Positions 23,449-36,362 are shown, numbered from the whole stretch's first letter. The stretch: 63,706 bases of DNA, filler included, from Rhabdomonas costata (GCA_019059605.1; 49 parts of 49 records of this genome joined end to end with filler, not necessarily neighbours in it); one strand, 5' to 3'. Numbers and translations are program-made. The notes: generated by a model not told the origin, from the letters alone.

Positions 23449-24353
23449 GTACTTCATCTTCGCCACGATCATGGCCACGGTGCTTGTGCACTTCCTGCGG
23501 AGGATGCATGAGAAGAGGGCGAAGAAGGCGAAGCCCGCGCCCGCCGCCCCCGCGGCCTGCGGGTATGGAATTGGCTTAGCGACGTGGCAATTTTGGCCTT
23601 CTCTGGGATTAGTTGAACTTGTGGCGGGGAGGGGATTGCAATCGTTACTAATTGTTCATGTCCCAAATGAAATCTGAAAAGTGACTGGCTATTTCTATTT
23701 CTGGAGCTATGTCTCCCGATCATTTTTATGTGGACTTTTGGAGAGATGAGCATGCCAATGCAGCTTGCTGGGTCGGTTCTAGAACTTATCGTCGGTTATG
23801 TTCGGATCTCGTCGGTTAAGGGGCGGAAGCAAACGCTGCGGCGGGTGGCTGAGGTGGGGACGTAGCCTGGAGGGTCTGCAATAGGGGCGTTCGTTGCATG
23901 GATGGGCATGGAATACCGTCATTTTTGGTGACCTCGGTGACCAAAGTCCCCAAATTCTGCAGACATGCATGCAAATGAATCCAAATTTTACACCATCGTA
24001 ATGTAAAGGGTGATGTGGCCGATGAGACGCCCAGCGTGCGCTTGGGTTTTCGCGAGAAATTGTTGGGGCATTTGCCATCGAATGGGGGCGTGATGTGCGG
24101 AGCAGACCGCAAAGTGCCCCTTGTCCCCACATCTTTCAGGCCGTCCCCACAGTGCCAGCTCTCTGGGTTTGGCTGCTCCTATGTCAGTGTGCAATGTGAG
24201 CCCAGCCCCAAGCCCGGCCCGCGTGAGCCCAAAGTGAAGCCCTTTCCCCCGCTGTGGGAGACGATGGACTACTTCTTCGCGTGCTTCCTCAACACCTCCT
24301 ACTTCATTGTGATTATCGTCTTCTTTTCCGTCACGGCGTCCACGGCGAGCTAA
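23449..24353 (+). CDS. C-terminal two exons (23449-23562, 24140-24353) of a membrane protein; possibly pentameric ligand-gated ion channel M3-loop-M4
   Basis: The GT-AG intron joins in frame (GG|G). A TM helix YFIFATIMATVLVHFLRR is followed by a Pro/Lys loop and a final TM LWETMDYFFACFLNTSYFIVIIVFF, then a stop. Confidence 0.55.
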
Positions 24354-26054
24354 GCCCTCCTTCCCGCCACAGCGCAGTTACTCTTCCCGTGGACGTGGTT
24401 TTCAGCTCCCTTGGCGCCGCTCAAAACAAGATTATACGATGGTTTCCACTGGGTCGACTTTCATAATGCGGGCGGTTATTCGCAATTTTGTTGCCCTTCC
24501 TCGCCTTGCCCATGCCATGAGTTCTTATTTTTCCGTTTCCTCGATTGCTCGACACAACGGAGCCGAAGCGTCTGCCCGCCTGTCAAGCAATCGAGGAAAG
24601 GGAAAAATAAGAACTCATGGCATGGGCAAGGCGAGGAAGGGCAACACAACCNNNNNNNNNNNNNNNNNNNNNNNNNNNNNNNNNNNNNNNNNNNNTTAAT
24701 TAATTAANNNNNNNNNNNNNNNNNNNNNNNNNNNNNNNNNNNNNNNNNNNNGGGTGGGTGGGGAGCTGCCTTTGTGCCCGACCCCGAAGGAAAATTCCCA
24801 AGCAATGCAGTGTGCAAAGGTCGAAGGAGGGAAAAGAAGGAAAAGCACGGGGACCCGAAAGTGAAAGAGGGATCGGGCACAAAGGCAGCTCCCTACCCCA
24901 TCCTGCATACCATCGGGCGAGAAACAGCAGTAAACGGCATTCACGCCACCAAACACCCGAGGCGGAGCTCTTCTCCGCAGCTCATCCGGCGGCGGCGAAA
25001 GCGACCCACGGGAATGGGCTCTCGGGCCCAGCGCACTGTAGCACACCCTGCAGCACCTCTTTGGCGCACAGCTGCGCGAGCAATATACCCCAAAGGTCGT
25101 CGGGGAGCCCCTTGCACACCGCAGCCATGCCTCTCTCCTTCCTTTCGCGCATTTCGGATCGTTGCTCTTCCCTGTAAAGTTCCTCGGAATAGTTTGCAAA
25201 AGCAACGGAGCAGAACGAACGCTGAGCAAAAAGAACGCAGAGCGCTGCAACCGGTGCAGTGAGGGTTCACCCTCTCCTACTCCCAAAAGTCCAGAGCGAG
25301 CATAAGATATCACCTGTGCAGGGAATCGGCAAAAAAAAGGCTGATGGGTGGCAACTGTTACCAGTGGTAACAATTTACCTACATAATTTTTCTACATAAT
25401 GCATGTCAAAAAAGCATCCCTCCCCCCCAGGTCACGATCTTGCCCCAGCCACGCGCTCCGGCCAACGCGGACTGGCCTCAATAATCCACAAGCCACAAGT
25501 CAGTCTTTAGCCAGCACCAAATTTGACGAGCAAGCCAAGAGTACTCATCTAGGGAACAGTGGCACAGGCGAGCCCACCCCCCAAAGAACAAGACATTTCG
25601 CTTGCACCAGCAACCTGACCTTTTGCAAGTTAAAAAAGAACAATTTTCCAGTTAGCATTAATTAACGTAACCAGTGGTTACCGAAACCACTCCCTTTAAT
25701 TCGAATGTCGGGCTCACAGGAAACCATCCTAGAGACTCTCCTAATTAGCCTACAGGGACTCGAATCAAAAGTGAATCCGGTTACAAGCAGCAGTAAAATT
25801 GCAACCAGAATATTATCGGTTCCGCTCAACTCACAACAAAAGTCGCGTCGCCCCAACGAAGCTAGGTGGCCGTAGCGCTCCTCTTCACTGGGCACTGCAA
25901 GACAAAGCCTGAACCTCCCAAATCACAGCACCACACAGCATCGGCCAAAACAAANNNNNNNNNNNNNNNNNNNNNNNNNNNNNNNNNNNNNNNNNNNNTT
26001 AATTAATTAANNNNNNNNNNNNNNNNNNNNNNNNNNNNNNNNNNNNNNNNNNNN

Positions 26055-27258
26055 TGGTGTGCTTCCGGGTGGCTTTCCGGGTTTGGTGCTGTCTTCTGCT
26101 TCCTTGGACCTTATTGTGCATGATACGTTGTCGCTCACTTTCATATGGTGCTTTCGTTAGGGGCTGTGTTTGGACTGTTTGTTGCGTTGTGGGGTATGCC
26201 TGGGTTCTTGTTTGGTGTGTCGATCTGTGATGGTGCTGCTGTGCTTCAAGCGTTTCTGTTGACTTGTGGTGCTTGTCTGGTGTTCGGTCCTATGCACGCT
26301 CTAGGGGTTGTGGGTATGTCGCGTCGTGTTCCTGAGTTCTCGGATGTCTAGCTGCCGTTGTGTCCCTGGGTTCCTTGGGTTCCTTGTTGTTGTTGCCATC
26401 TGCCTTCCTTGTCTTGCGTCTCCTCTCCGGTGCTGCGTTGAGTATATCGTCTTCTGTGTCTGCTGTGGGGCCTCTGCGGAACTTTCGTCTACTTCCTATC
26501 CGGCTTTGCACTCCCAAGTTAGCATCCAGGATTTGTATTCGTATCCGTATCCGTTTGCGTATGTTCTATGGTAATGTGGGTAGTAGGCTGTGGGGTAACG
26601 GTGTACTGTGTGACCGATGGTGGTTCATGCTGTGTGCTCACTCCCATGGTTGAGCTGCTACTTGTTGGGGCTCTGGTGGTGGAGTTACGAGTGCTGTGGA
26701 CCCAAGGCCATGGTGTGAGTGCTGGTGCTGTCAGCCTTTGCAGTGAGTGGGTAGTGGTGCTAGGGGACCGGTGGGTGTTGTGGCCGTTGGTGGTACATGG
26801 CATCTACTCCATCCTGGTGGCTGCATCTGTTCATGGTGAGTACGCTGGTAGTGGTGACGAGGGGTGTTGGTGTACCGGTTGGGCATGCCATTCCTTGATC
26901 TGCTATCCGTGGGAGGGCGTTACGGTGTGGCTGGAGGGATCGGTGCTTACCCTACACTCAACCTCTTGTACATGCCTTGGCTTCCCCTCTCACGTGCGTA
27001 TCATTCTACTATTGTGTACCTTGTGTAGTGTTGTGCTACAGAGTGTATCGGTAGTAGGGTGTTGACATCCTAGCGTAGGGCATGTTGGCATCTCCTCTCC
27101 AACCTAGGCGTGGTTTACCCTAGTAGTAGAGCGTTGTGTGTCACCGTGACTATGTTATGGTGGTGGTGTGGGTCCGGCGTGGAGTGGTGGTGTCGACCTC
27201 AGCATGGCATCTGCGTCACAACAGTATCAGCCCATGGTGTGTTTTGCTGTCATCCTTC
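26055..27258. repeat. Whole contig with strong G+T skew; probable decayed repeat or retroelement
   Basis: 26161-26220 is 52/60 G+T. No clean exon or splice signals. Confidence 0.4.
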
Positions 27259-28199
27259 NNNNNNNNNNNNNNNNNNNNNNNNNNNNNNNNNNNNNNNNNN
27301 NNTTAATTAATTAANNNNNNNNNNNNNNNNNNNNNNNNNNNNNNNNNNNNNNNNNNNNGTGGTGGGTGTGTTTGGGGTTGTGGGGGTGGACCTGATTTCA
27401 GGTGGGGAATAAAGATGGAAACGATGAAAACGATAAAGTAAACGAACAAAAATTCAGAAACAGAACGAAAGAGGAGGCTACGGCAGTTATATAGAAGTAT
27501 TCGGGCCAGCTCCAGTACTACAATATGAAGTACCTTTGAGCTCTACGCTAAGGTAAGCTTAGGTTAGCTAAGCAGTTCCGGCAAAAAGTTTGCATTCAGT
27601 ATGTAGGTCTGAAAATGAAAAAAGTGCACCTCCCCGCCAACGTGAAGGAATGAACGTGAAGGAAAAGGCGCCTCAAAAAAGTCCCCTACATCGAGCCTTC
27701 AAGATGGTAGAACGAAGGGTTGAAATGCCGCCCAGGGCCACGCACGCACACGTGCACGCAGACACATACATACACCGCCTGCACAAGGAACCAAGACACC
27801 TCTTCAGTTCACTCTCACCAGCACCCCATTGAGCTCGCCCTGTGCAAGCTCCTAACGCGACCAGCCAGCTCCCGATCAACTCCAGTCCACAACCGGCTCT
27901 CCTTCAACTTGTGTCCAATGGTATATGAAATAAAAAATGGTTGCGCTGTGCCGTGCGATCCTCTGGTGCCTGGCTAAAACATGTGAGCAGGAGCACAAGA
28001 GGTCTACGCAAACAACAATGCAACGCAGCCCCATCGTCGCCAAGGCGTCATAACATGAAAGCAGCACATAACCTCGATAATCTCCTCATCTCCAAGGCTA
28101 CCGGGGTATTGCAAGATTCACACGCCGGAAAAAAAGGCGCCATTCGCAACATACCCCATCCCAAAGAGCTTCCACATGTATTCTCAAAAAACTGCACAC

Positions 28200-28413
28200 C
28201 ATCCCGGGCCAGAACATGCCCACCATGACCTCATACACGCAGAACGCGGCCATCATCGCGGCTTTGTTGTGGGTCAGCACGGGCACCGCCATCGTCCCCG
28301 CAGAGATTGCAAACACGTACCCCATAAACTTCTCTGGCTTCGCCCGCGTCACCATGGCGCTGAACACGGAGCCCCCGATGGAGCAGCAGATCATGAACGT
28401 CGAGAAGATAAGC
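28200..28413 (-). CDS. MFS transporter exon, MFSD5/MOT2 molybdate-anion-transporter-like
   Basis: cag|LIFSTFMICCSIGGSVFS...AAFCVYEVMVGMFWPGM|gt matches the family motifs IFxxFM..MLGS and F..FE..VG.FWP. Confidence 0.78.
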
Positions 28414-28986
28414 CTGCACACGGACCCACAACCAGATCACATCTCTCTGGTCCTTTCCGAGAAACAGGAAAAGGTCCACGAAAATCACAAGAGGACCAAC
28501 GTACATTGGGGCGCAACCTGCAAAGGAAGCCACGCCCGCGGATTCGGTCTGCCCAAACCCCNNNNNNNNNNNNNNNNNNNNNNNNNNNNNNNNNNNNNNN
28601 NNNNNTTAATTAATTAANNNNNNNNNNNNNNNNNNNNNNNNNNNNNNNNNNNNNNNNNNNNGTTTTTGTGTGACCCTGACTATTGTCCCGCCCACATCTC
28701 AAGCCCCGAGGAAATCTGGAAGAGGACTGAACTGAATTCCACAGAGAAGAGAGAGAAGAGAGTGCAAGCTGAAAAGGCTGATATGGGGATTGAAATTGAG
28801 GATGATGAGGGCAGGTGTACAAAGCGGGAACGGACAACTTTTGACCTTCGCTGAGGTGCTCTTTTCGACTGTTTTAGGCACCGATGGACTCCCCAAGTTG
28901 GTGTTTTCTTTTTGTAATGCCGAAACATGAGGGGAAGGGATGCAGTTATTCAATTGGAAAACCAGTCTTGCGTTTTTTCCGGTCAG

Positions 28987-29742
28987 GTGGCCAAGCGGTA
29001 CCGGCACAAGTACGGCTTCCTGGAAGAGTGGCGCAGCCTCCGCATGGGGGCCTCGCTTGCTGAGAAGTTCAACGCGGAGCTTTGCCGCAACCCCCCGCCC
29101 CCCGCTATAACCGGGGGCCTGGAGTGCAAGGTGAGCTTCTTGGCCTGGGACCGCATCTTGGACTACGCTGGAGACCTCTACACCGTGGAGTCGTTCTTGG
29201 AGGGTTTCTTTCTCCCCGTCCCGTGGAGTGAAGTCGTTGTCCTACGTGCAGTTGTTATTGATTGTGTTTTGAATCTAAAAAATGAAACGCCTTCAAATCC
29301 TGTGACGGCTGTGACAGTATGTCCACCCAAAAAACAAATCGTCGAACCGTGCGTCACGCGCATGGGAAACTTTTTGTACGTTACACAGACGCGGGACGGA
29401 ACTCCAAATGAGACTCCTAGCGCCTCTGCCGCGAAATTAGGGGACTCTGAGAAAACGCAATAGGAAATCGAACATCTTCGCTGACCTTCACTGGACAGAC
29501 AAACGTATACACGCACTCGGTTTGGTGGTCACCCAACTCCCTTCCAAGGGAACTTCTGCAAGTACAACAACATCTTCGGGGGAGAGGAGATGATCCCTCA
29601 CGGCCCTGCGGAGCAGCTGTGCTGCTACCTCGCTGGGGCGTACTCCCACTTCACTTTTGTGCAGTCGGGGCACCGCTACATGATCCTGGACGTTCAGGGC
29701 GTGGGGGCCACGTTCACAGACGTCGCCGTGGTCAGCCTGAAG
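28987..29742 (+). CDS. Alpha-kinase (eEF2K/MHCK family), two exons (28987-29203, 29549-29742)
   Basis: The 345-nt GT-AG intron joins in frame: VAKRY...LAEKFN...VESFLEG|NFCKYNN...AYSHFTFVQSGHRYMILDVQGVG. Confidence 0.9.
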
Positions 29743-30410
29743 GTTGCTTTATGTGCAGCTGTGGGGCATTGTCGTAATTTCAAAACGTCAAAAGGTGGTC
29801 AGGGTCAGGTCACGTCAGGTCAGGGTTACGTCTAATTTTGAAATTACGACAATGCCCCACAACANNNNNNNNNNNNNNNNNNNNNNNNNNNNNNNNNNNN
29901 NNNNNNNNTTAATTAATTAANNNNNNNNNNNNNNNNNNNNNNNNNNNNNNNNNNNNNNNNNNNNTTGTGTGTTGGAGGTTGGGGCGTTGGTTGATGTTGG
30001 CGTGGGAGCTTGGGTCTTTAGGGTCTGGGTGTCTGTGGGATTGGCGTTGGGGGTTGGAGCCACGGATGCCATGATGGGAGTAGATCCATGCCTGAGGGGC
30101 TGACCTTACGCAAAGGCTAACCCTACGCATGATGCAAACTAAAACGGATGATGCTACCTGCGGTGCCAATCCAACCTCCTACACCGGTCATGCCTCGTAC
30201 CTCGACATGCCCTCATGCCCCTAAGCTGATGAATCCCAATGGTACAGTGTGCTGAAGTGGAGCCCGCAGGAGGGCGACTGAGAGCAGCAGCAGAAGAAGG
30301 GTGAGGGCCCCGCTAAGATGAAGATAGAAGATGTAAGAAAAGAAAGAAGAAAAGAGAAGAAGAGAAGAAGAGAAGATGCCCTCCGGGCCACGCTCTCGCT
30401 AGGCTCGTCA

Positions 30411-30467
30411 TCGCTGCGCTCTTCCTCGCTGCGCTCTTCCTCGCTGCGCTCTTCCTCGCTGCGCTCG
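30411..30467. repeat. 15-bp tandem repeat (TCGCTGCGCTCTTCC), about 3.7 copies
   Basis: Read directly from the sequence. Confidence 0.9.
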
Positions 30468-31969
30468 TAATGTGTTGATGAAGAAAGGAAGAAAGAATGC
30501 TGATACCTACTCCGCATTTGCCTCGATGCCCAATGCTACAGCGCACGTCAAACAGAATAAAGGTGAGTCCAACCAACAAACATGAATGCCAGGAACTGCA
30601 CTGCCACGCTGGAGTAGAATCCGCTCTGGTTGCTCATGTCGATGTGGTAGTACACGCTGCCCAGCAGGATGGCCACCACGGCGACCAGCAGAATCCGAGT
30701 GAAGTTGTACCTGCGGGGTGTGTGGTCACTGATCCGAGGACACCCGTGGTGGATTGACGGATTGTCAATTCGCCTTCTCGAACCTCACATAAGCCGATGA
30801 AACTCCCCATACGAATCCCAAGAAAGTTTCTTTTCCAGCTTCCCACCAATGCTCATATGATTTGTTCGCTCTCAGGGAAAAGAAAAAGTCACACAGGCAG
30901 CATGTGAGAAAACAGCAGTAGTAGAGATGACCTATCACTCCTTCCACCTTCCCTGCTCATCCAAGCAAAAAAAATCTGACAAACAGCACACGGTTGAGCA
31001 GGGCTAGAGATGACCTATTGAATCACTCCAAAATCAAAATTCAAGGCAGCTTTCTGCGGGTGCTTCGCCCAACCTCGTGAAACCATTCGGCAAAAGTTAT
31101 CTATTCCAAGTTCAACTAGACACACAAAATAAGCATGAAAACGATGGGAGGCAAAGCAGCAANNNNNNNNNNNNNNNNNNNNNNNNNNNNNNNNNNNNNN
31201 NNNNNNTTAATTAATTAANNNNNNNNNNNNNNNNNNNNNNNNNNNNNNNNNNNNNNNNNNNNAGAATTTGGAAGATGCCAAGCGGAACCAGTGGCTGAGC
31301 TGAGCAGGAGTGGTTCCGAGCTGCACAATGGTGGCGGCACTCACATTCGAAGCAATGAGTGCCAAGTGCAATCAGTGGTGAGTGCGCGGAGGAGGTGATT
31401 AAGTGCGGCTGCAGTGGGCACAGAGTGAGATCCGAAGTGAGCTTTGATGAAGAGAAGTCACTTGGAAATAGCGTTGCGTGGCGCCAACACACGACCAGGT
31501 CACGCTTTGAGGCTCGAAAGTCAGCAATGTAGCGTCCATGGAGGACGAAATGATGGAGCATGATTTGCTGAACCGAAGAAATTAAACAAACGACTGGAGC
31601 GATAGACAGTAGAACCAGTAATCGAAGGCAGACGCATAGAGGTTCGAAGTAAAAATTTTCTGCAAGAAGAACCCTAAACTTTGACTTGAGTGGGTTTTGG
31701 GGGATACGTCCATCCATCAGGAGCGGGTCAGCGAGGGGAATGCTGCGTATTTGTGAAGGCAAAATTCAGAGCAAGAAGAAAAGTGGGCGAGGTACATGGG
31801 CGTGGGTGGTTGGAGCAGTGCACAAGGTAGAGGTTTGTCTCTGTCTCGAGGTCCAGGACCCTAACCCTTATGCTCAGAGATGCTGAATCTGATGGCATCC
31901 GGGAATCAAAATGTCACTGCTGTCTTCAGTATTCTTGTGTTTGCGCGGCGAGAAGCTTTGAGACCAAAG

Positions 31970-32263
31970 ATGTCTTACCTGTACCTACTGAACGACAACA
32001 TTACCTACCACATCCTGCAGTACATGGAAACCATGGACCATGGACTTATCAATCTTCTATATTCAGGATACAGACCCTCCGGCCGCGTATACCTGGACAT
32101 TGTTGGAATCTCCGACTTTGCAGACACCGACGACACTAATGACGATATCGATGTACTTCCCCAAGAACTCGATCAAGGTAAACATTTCCTCATGTCTCCA
32201 AACCACACAGTTTTCAAATTGAACGCAAATACTACCCTGCTATACCTAACCACAAAACACTAA
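31970..32263 (+). CDS. Intronless 97-aa ORF with an F-box-like N-terminus and atypical (A/C-rich) composition
   Basis: MSYLYLLNDNITYHILQYM resembles the F-box start LxxLPDEILxxIxxYL. The ORF is complete from ATG to TAA. Confidence 0.3.
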   Translation: MSYLYLLNDNITYHILQYMETMDHGLINLLYSGYRPSGRVYLDIVGISDFADTDDTNDDIDVLPQELDQGKHFLMSPNHTVFKLNANTTLLYLTTKH

Positions 32264-33101
32264 ACCCTTCCACGCACAAGGCGATGCCACCTTACCCCGA
32301 ATTTGCCCTGACCTCTTGTAACCCTTATATACCTATTAAGCTAAAGGTACATGATACCCTAACCATAATCCCGGGAGAAGTAGACAAGCGCTCCGGACTT
32401 CGGGTTTTTTTCTATGCAAACTAGGACCAAGTCCCCTTAACCCTTACCTATGATCCCCCCCACACNNNNNNNNNNNNNNNNNNNNNNNNNNNNNNNNNNN
32501 NNNNNNNNNTTAATTAATTAANNNNNNNNNNNNNNNNNNNNNNNNNNNNNNNNNNNNNNNNNNNNCATTGTGTGGTGATCACAAGGGCACAGTGCTTGGT
32601 GTGCTTTGTGTATCAGTGTACGTCCGCGTGCTGAAGTCTGAAAAGGGTGACGACCACTTTGGATCACTTCTTTACCTTTCATTCTCCATTATGACTCTTT
32701 TTCAGTCTTTACTCTACCGTGCAAATTGTTCCATTGCTTCACCCGAACAATGGGCACTCTTTGGCTGCTGGTATAAAATCCCAAGAATCCCAAGAATCCC
32801 AATCCCAAGAAAGATTATGGCAGAACCAGAATTGAGGAGCACAACGAGCTGTCCCAATATGCAACTCCATTCTTTCTGTCGTTTGCAAGGAAAGGTGCTT
32901 GTGTACCCCATCATGTGGACGTCAGCAAAATGGAAGTCCGCAAGCCAGAGATTCCATCTTGCATCTTCTGTCGCCGCGGCTGTTCCTCCCTCCTTCGATG
33001 CTAACTTTTCTCACATTCCCAACCACGGCATGGGGCCTGTAGTCAACCAAGAGCACAAGGCCGCGTCCGAACGAGAATAGGGGTGGCGGTGGGCCGCGTA
33101 C

Positions 33102-33260
33102 TTGGAGCTGGGCACGGGACAGTTGGGCTGCAGGGCGTGGGTCAAGGCGGCGAGGTGGGCGTTGCGTAGACTGACCAGGCTGTCGTGTAGCCGGCAGAAC
33201 TCGGAGTACCGTCGGGGCACCACCCACCGAAGCACCCCCAGCGTGCACACAACGTTGTAC
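33102..33260 (-). CDS. PX (phox homology) domain exon
   Basis: cag|YNVVCTLGVLRWVVPRRYSEFCRLHDSL...|gtacgc contains the RRYSEF signature. Confidence 0.85.
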
Positions 33261-33912
33261 CTGAGCACCCGCGATACGAACCCTAAAGCACTTGACTACC
33301 TTCTTGGTCGATGTCTTTGAGAGTTGTACACCGTCTTCAGCATTTGGGAGGTACTTCACCGGCGCATTAGAACCGCAATTCGAGGGCACCCAACTGTCTA
33401 CGCTCTCCCATCGTTATCTTTTTGCGTGTCCTTTGCATCTTGCGCTGCTTATCATCACACAGTCGCACAAGCTCTCTTGCGCATTTGGGCAGGGTGAATT
33501 TTTCTGGTGAAAGCCCTCCTCTGGATTCACTCGCACCCCCCTTTTCTGTCCCCACCATGCCTATCCGTGTGCTATGCCGCGTTCTCAGGGGGCTGACCCA
33601 CCCTCCACACACTCGAACCTGTCAGCCAATGGCCCACAGCGCACATGGCGGGACGGTATTCATACAGACCCAGATAGAAACGCCCACCTCAAATCACACA
33701 ACATGGCAAGAGCAAACAAAGCAGAGGATCTGTCCGCACGACAGCAACCCTCAGCTTGTGAAAACAANNNNNNNNNNNNNNNNNNNNNNNNNNNNNNNNN
33801 NNNNNNNNNNNTTAATTAATTAANNNNNNNNNNNNNNNNNNNNNNNNNNNNNNNNNNNNNNNNNNNNGGGTTTTTGTGTGGGAAGTTCGGGCGAGGGGCG
33901 GTTGGCTTGTAG

Positions 33913-34470
33913 GCACCAAGGTGGAGCTTGGGCCGGAGCGGTTCACGTGCTGTGAGGCGCTGTTCAACCCCTCTGTGATTGGGGTGGAGAAGACCAAAGG
34001 GGTTCACGCCACGGCGATCGACTCCATTCGCAAGTGCGACGCCGATATCAGTACGTCAGTTGTGAAGAGGATGGGATGCTGCACTTCTGGAATTATAATG
34101 CTGGACCACGACTGGGTTGTGAATCAGCGTCTTATTTGCGGCGTGCTCCTTGATGTTCATTTTGAATGACCATACATTTGGGTTTCCCGGAACGGTCCAT
34201 TGATGCTTTTTGACCACCAGTTAGCGGATCTTTTGCCGTTGGGGGTCTGCATTATCCTTCTTTCCTTCTCTGAATGTCCGCAGGGAATCTTGAAAGGCCT
34301 GACTAGAGCTCTTTCCATTACCCCTTTCATTTCACGCCCAGTGCCCCACCTGTACGGCAACGTTGTGCTGGCCGGGGGCACGACGATGTTCTCGGGAATG
34401 CCCGAGCGCCTGCACAAGGAGATGGCCGACCTGGCGCCTGCGGAGAAGGTGAAGGTCTTCGCCGCCACAG
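33913..34470 (+). CDS. Actin-like/actin-related protein, two exons (33913-34050, 34342-34470)
   Basis: The 291-nt GT-AG intron joins in frame: [17 protein letters not shown]...[36 protein letters not shown]. Too divergent for conventional actin. Confidence 0.92.
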
Positions 34471-36277
34471 GTGCGGGACGCTCTCTGTGTGTGTATCGGT
34501 CTGCTTACTCAACTTTCTTGGATCAGTTTTGCTCACGCTTTTCTTTTCTCACCTGAAAGCTTTAGGTGCCCCTGGGACCTTGCGGCATGGTTTTTGATGA
34601 TAGCTTCGTAGCTGGGGGTCTTTCTTTTTTAGTAAAACATCCCGTTTTTCCCGTTGACTTTCCATTTCGCGCAAGCGAGGAGTATGGGTAGTTCTCCAAA
34701 AAGTCAAAGCCATTGCGCAGTTTCTCCTGGGAAAAATGGAGTGGAGTTGTATGGAGGTTCTTTTGAAGGAGCGATTGACGGTGACACATGGAAAGGCGAG
34801 CGGGAGTAGCAGTTGCGGGGCCTACAGGACGGCCTTTCTCGAGGAAATTATGTCAGCTCTATCCTCATTTCAATTTGGCCAGAAACTCACTTAGTTTGTG
34901 ACTATTACAATGCACAGCGCTGACAACGAGGCCCTCGGTCAGGCTTTAATCGTCGAAGAAGCAAAAATAAGGAAAAGTTGGAAAAGATCCCAATGTCTGT
35001 TTTGGCTTATCCCTCAACTGACCCAAAAATGCAAACTCCTCCGCCCCACACGTCGCTCAACAACCCACNNNNNNNNNNNNNNNNNNNNNNNNNNNNNNNN
35101 NNNNNNNNNNNNTTAATTAATTAANNNNNNNNNNNNNNNNNNNNNNNNNNNNNNNNNNNNNNNNNNNNGACCGGCCGAGAGGGGACAGTTCAGGACATCC
35201 CCATTCCCGGAACGGGACCAGCCTGTACAATCCTTGAGAAATTGCTCAGCGTCAGCCGAAGGTTCTATTTCCCACCACGGCTGAGAACCCTATCCGCAAC
35301 TGCGCAAACCTCATAGCATCACACGCAGCAAGCAAAAACAGAAAAATTATACCGTTCTCCTGGGCCACATGATTTACCAACATAAGTCAATGTTGCATCT
35401 TGGTGTGTGTTTCGAAATTAAGAAAAAGCAGACGGAGACGTTTGGCACAGTACACTACCTCCTGTTTTTTTTGTTCATTTTAAAATCCTGAAAATGTCAT
35501 CTCAATATCTCACTTCCTTTTTGCAATAAAAAACGCACACTCTCTTTATTTTTAAAGTTGCAAATTAAGCTTGTATGTTACTATTTGTCCTCTTCAGTAA
35601 TAATTATTTTTTCAGTCCCTCTGGAACAACACACACTGCAACAACAGTGGGGAAGGTTTGTTTTTCTTTACGTGGCGGAGGACCGTCCCCCACGGCTTGG
35701 AAAGTTGCCTGGGGTGGGGGCGAGGCGAAGGTTAGTAGTCGCAGCGGTTGTGCTGCAGAGTTTTGGTGGTGAAATTTTTGTGGCACGTGGGGGGGAGGGG
35801 CAATATGACCAAATAATCCGGAAATCGAAATGCGTTTACTTTGTCGAAGCGAGTAGTGAATCGGAGTCAGTTCTTCCCGAGATGCAAGTGTTTTAGTTTG
35901 TAGGTGGGATTGATACTGATGTTTTGCCGCTGTCCTGTTGGTCACTTCACAGACCACAATATAAACTTATGCTCACACTACCCCCGCAAAACACGTTTTT
36001 GCGGTCAAGAAACGCCGCCCCAGCGCCCAAACTGTGCTGTACGATGACCGAGTGTAAGTTTTTGTCTTCTTCTGTTGCGAAGTAAACAGTAAAAATTTTT
36101 GTTACGCTAATACCAACCCCCCCACACACACACACACACCCAAAGCACCTTCAACTTGCTCTCAACCTTATTCTGTTTCCCGTCGTTGCTCTGCAATTCT
36201 TTCGCTCACTGTTTCGTTGGACGCTCGGCTTTGTTTGGTTCGTGCTGATACTCGTGCCGCGCGATCCACATGTGCAG

Positions 36278-36362
36278 ATATATGAAGTTCCCAAGGCGAT
36301 CCCCGCGGAACTATCCGGGGTGCCCTTCCGGCGGTTCTGCCTGGACGTGTACCGCAAGACCC
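36278..36362 (+). CDS. Exon fragment, possibly the RCK region of a BK/Slo-type K+ channel
   Basis: gtgcag|IYEVPKAIPAELSGVPFRRFCLDVYRKT resembles the ExY...L...F.G..F......Y.K segment. Short and truncated. Confidence 0.4.
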
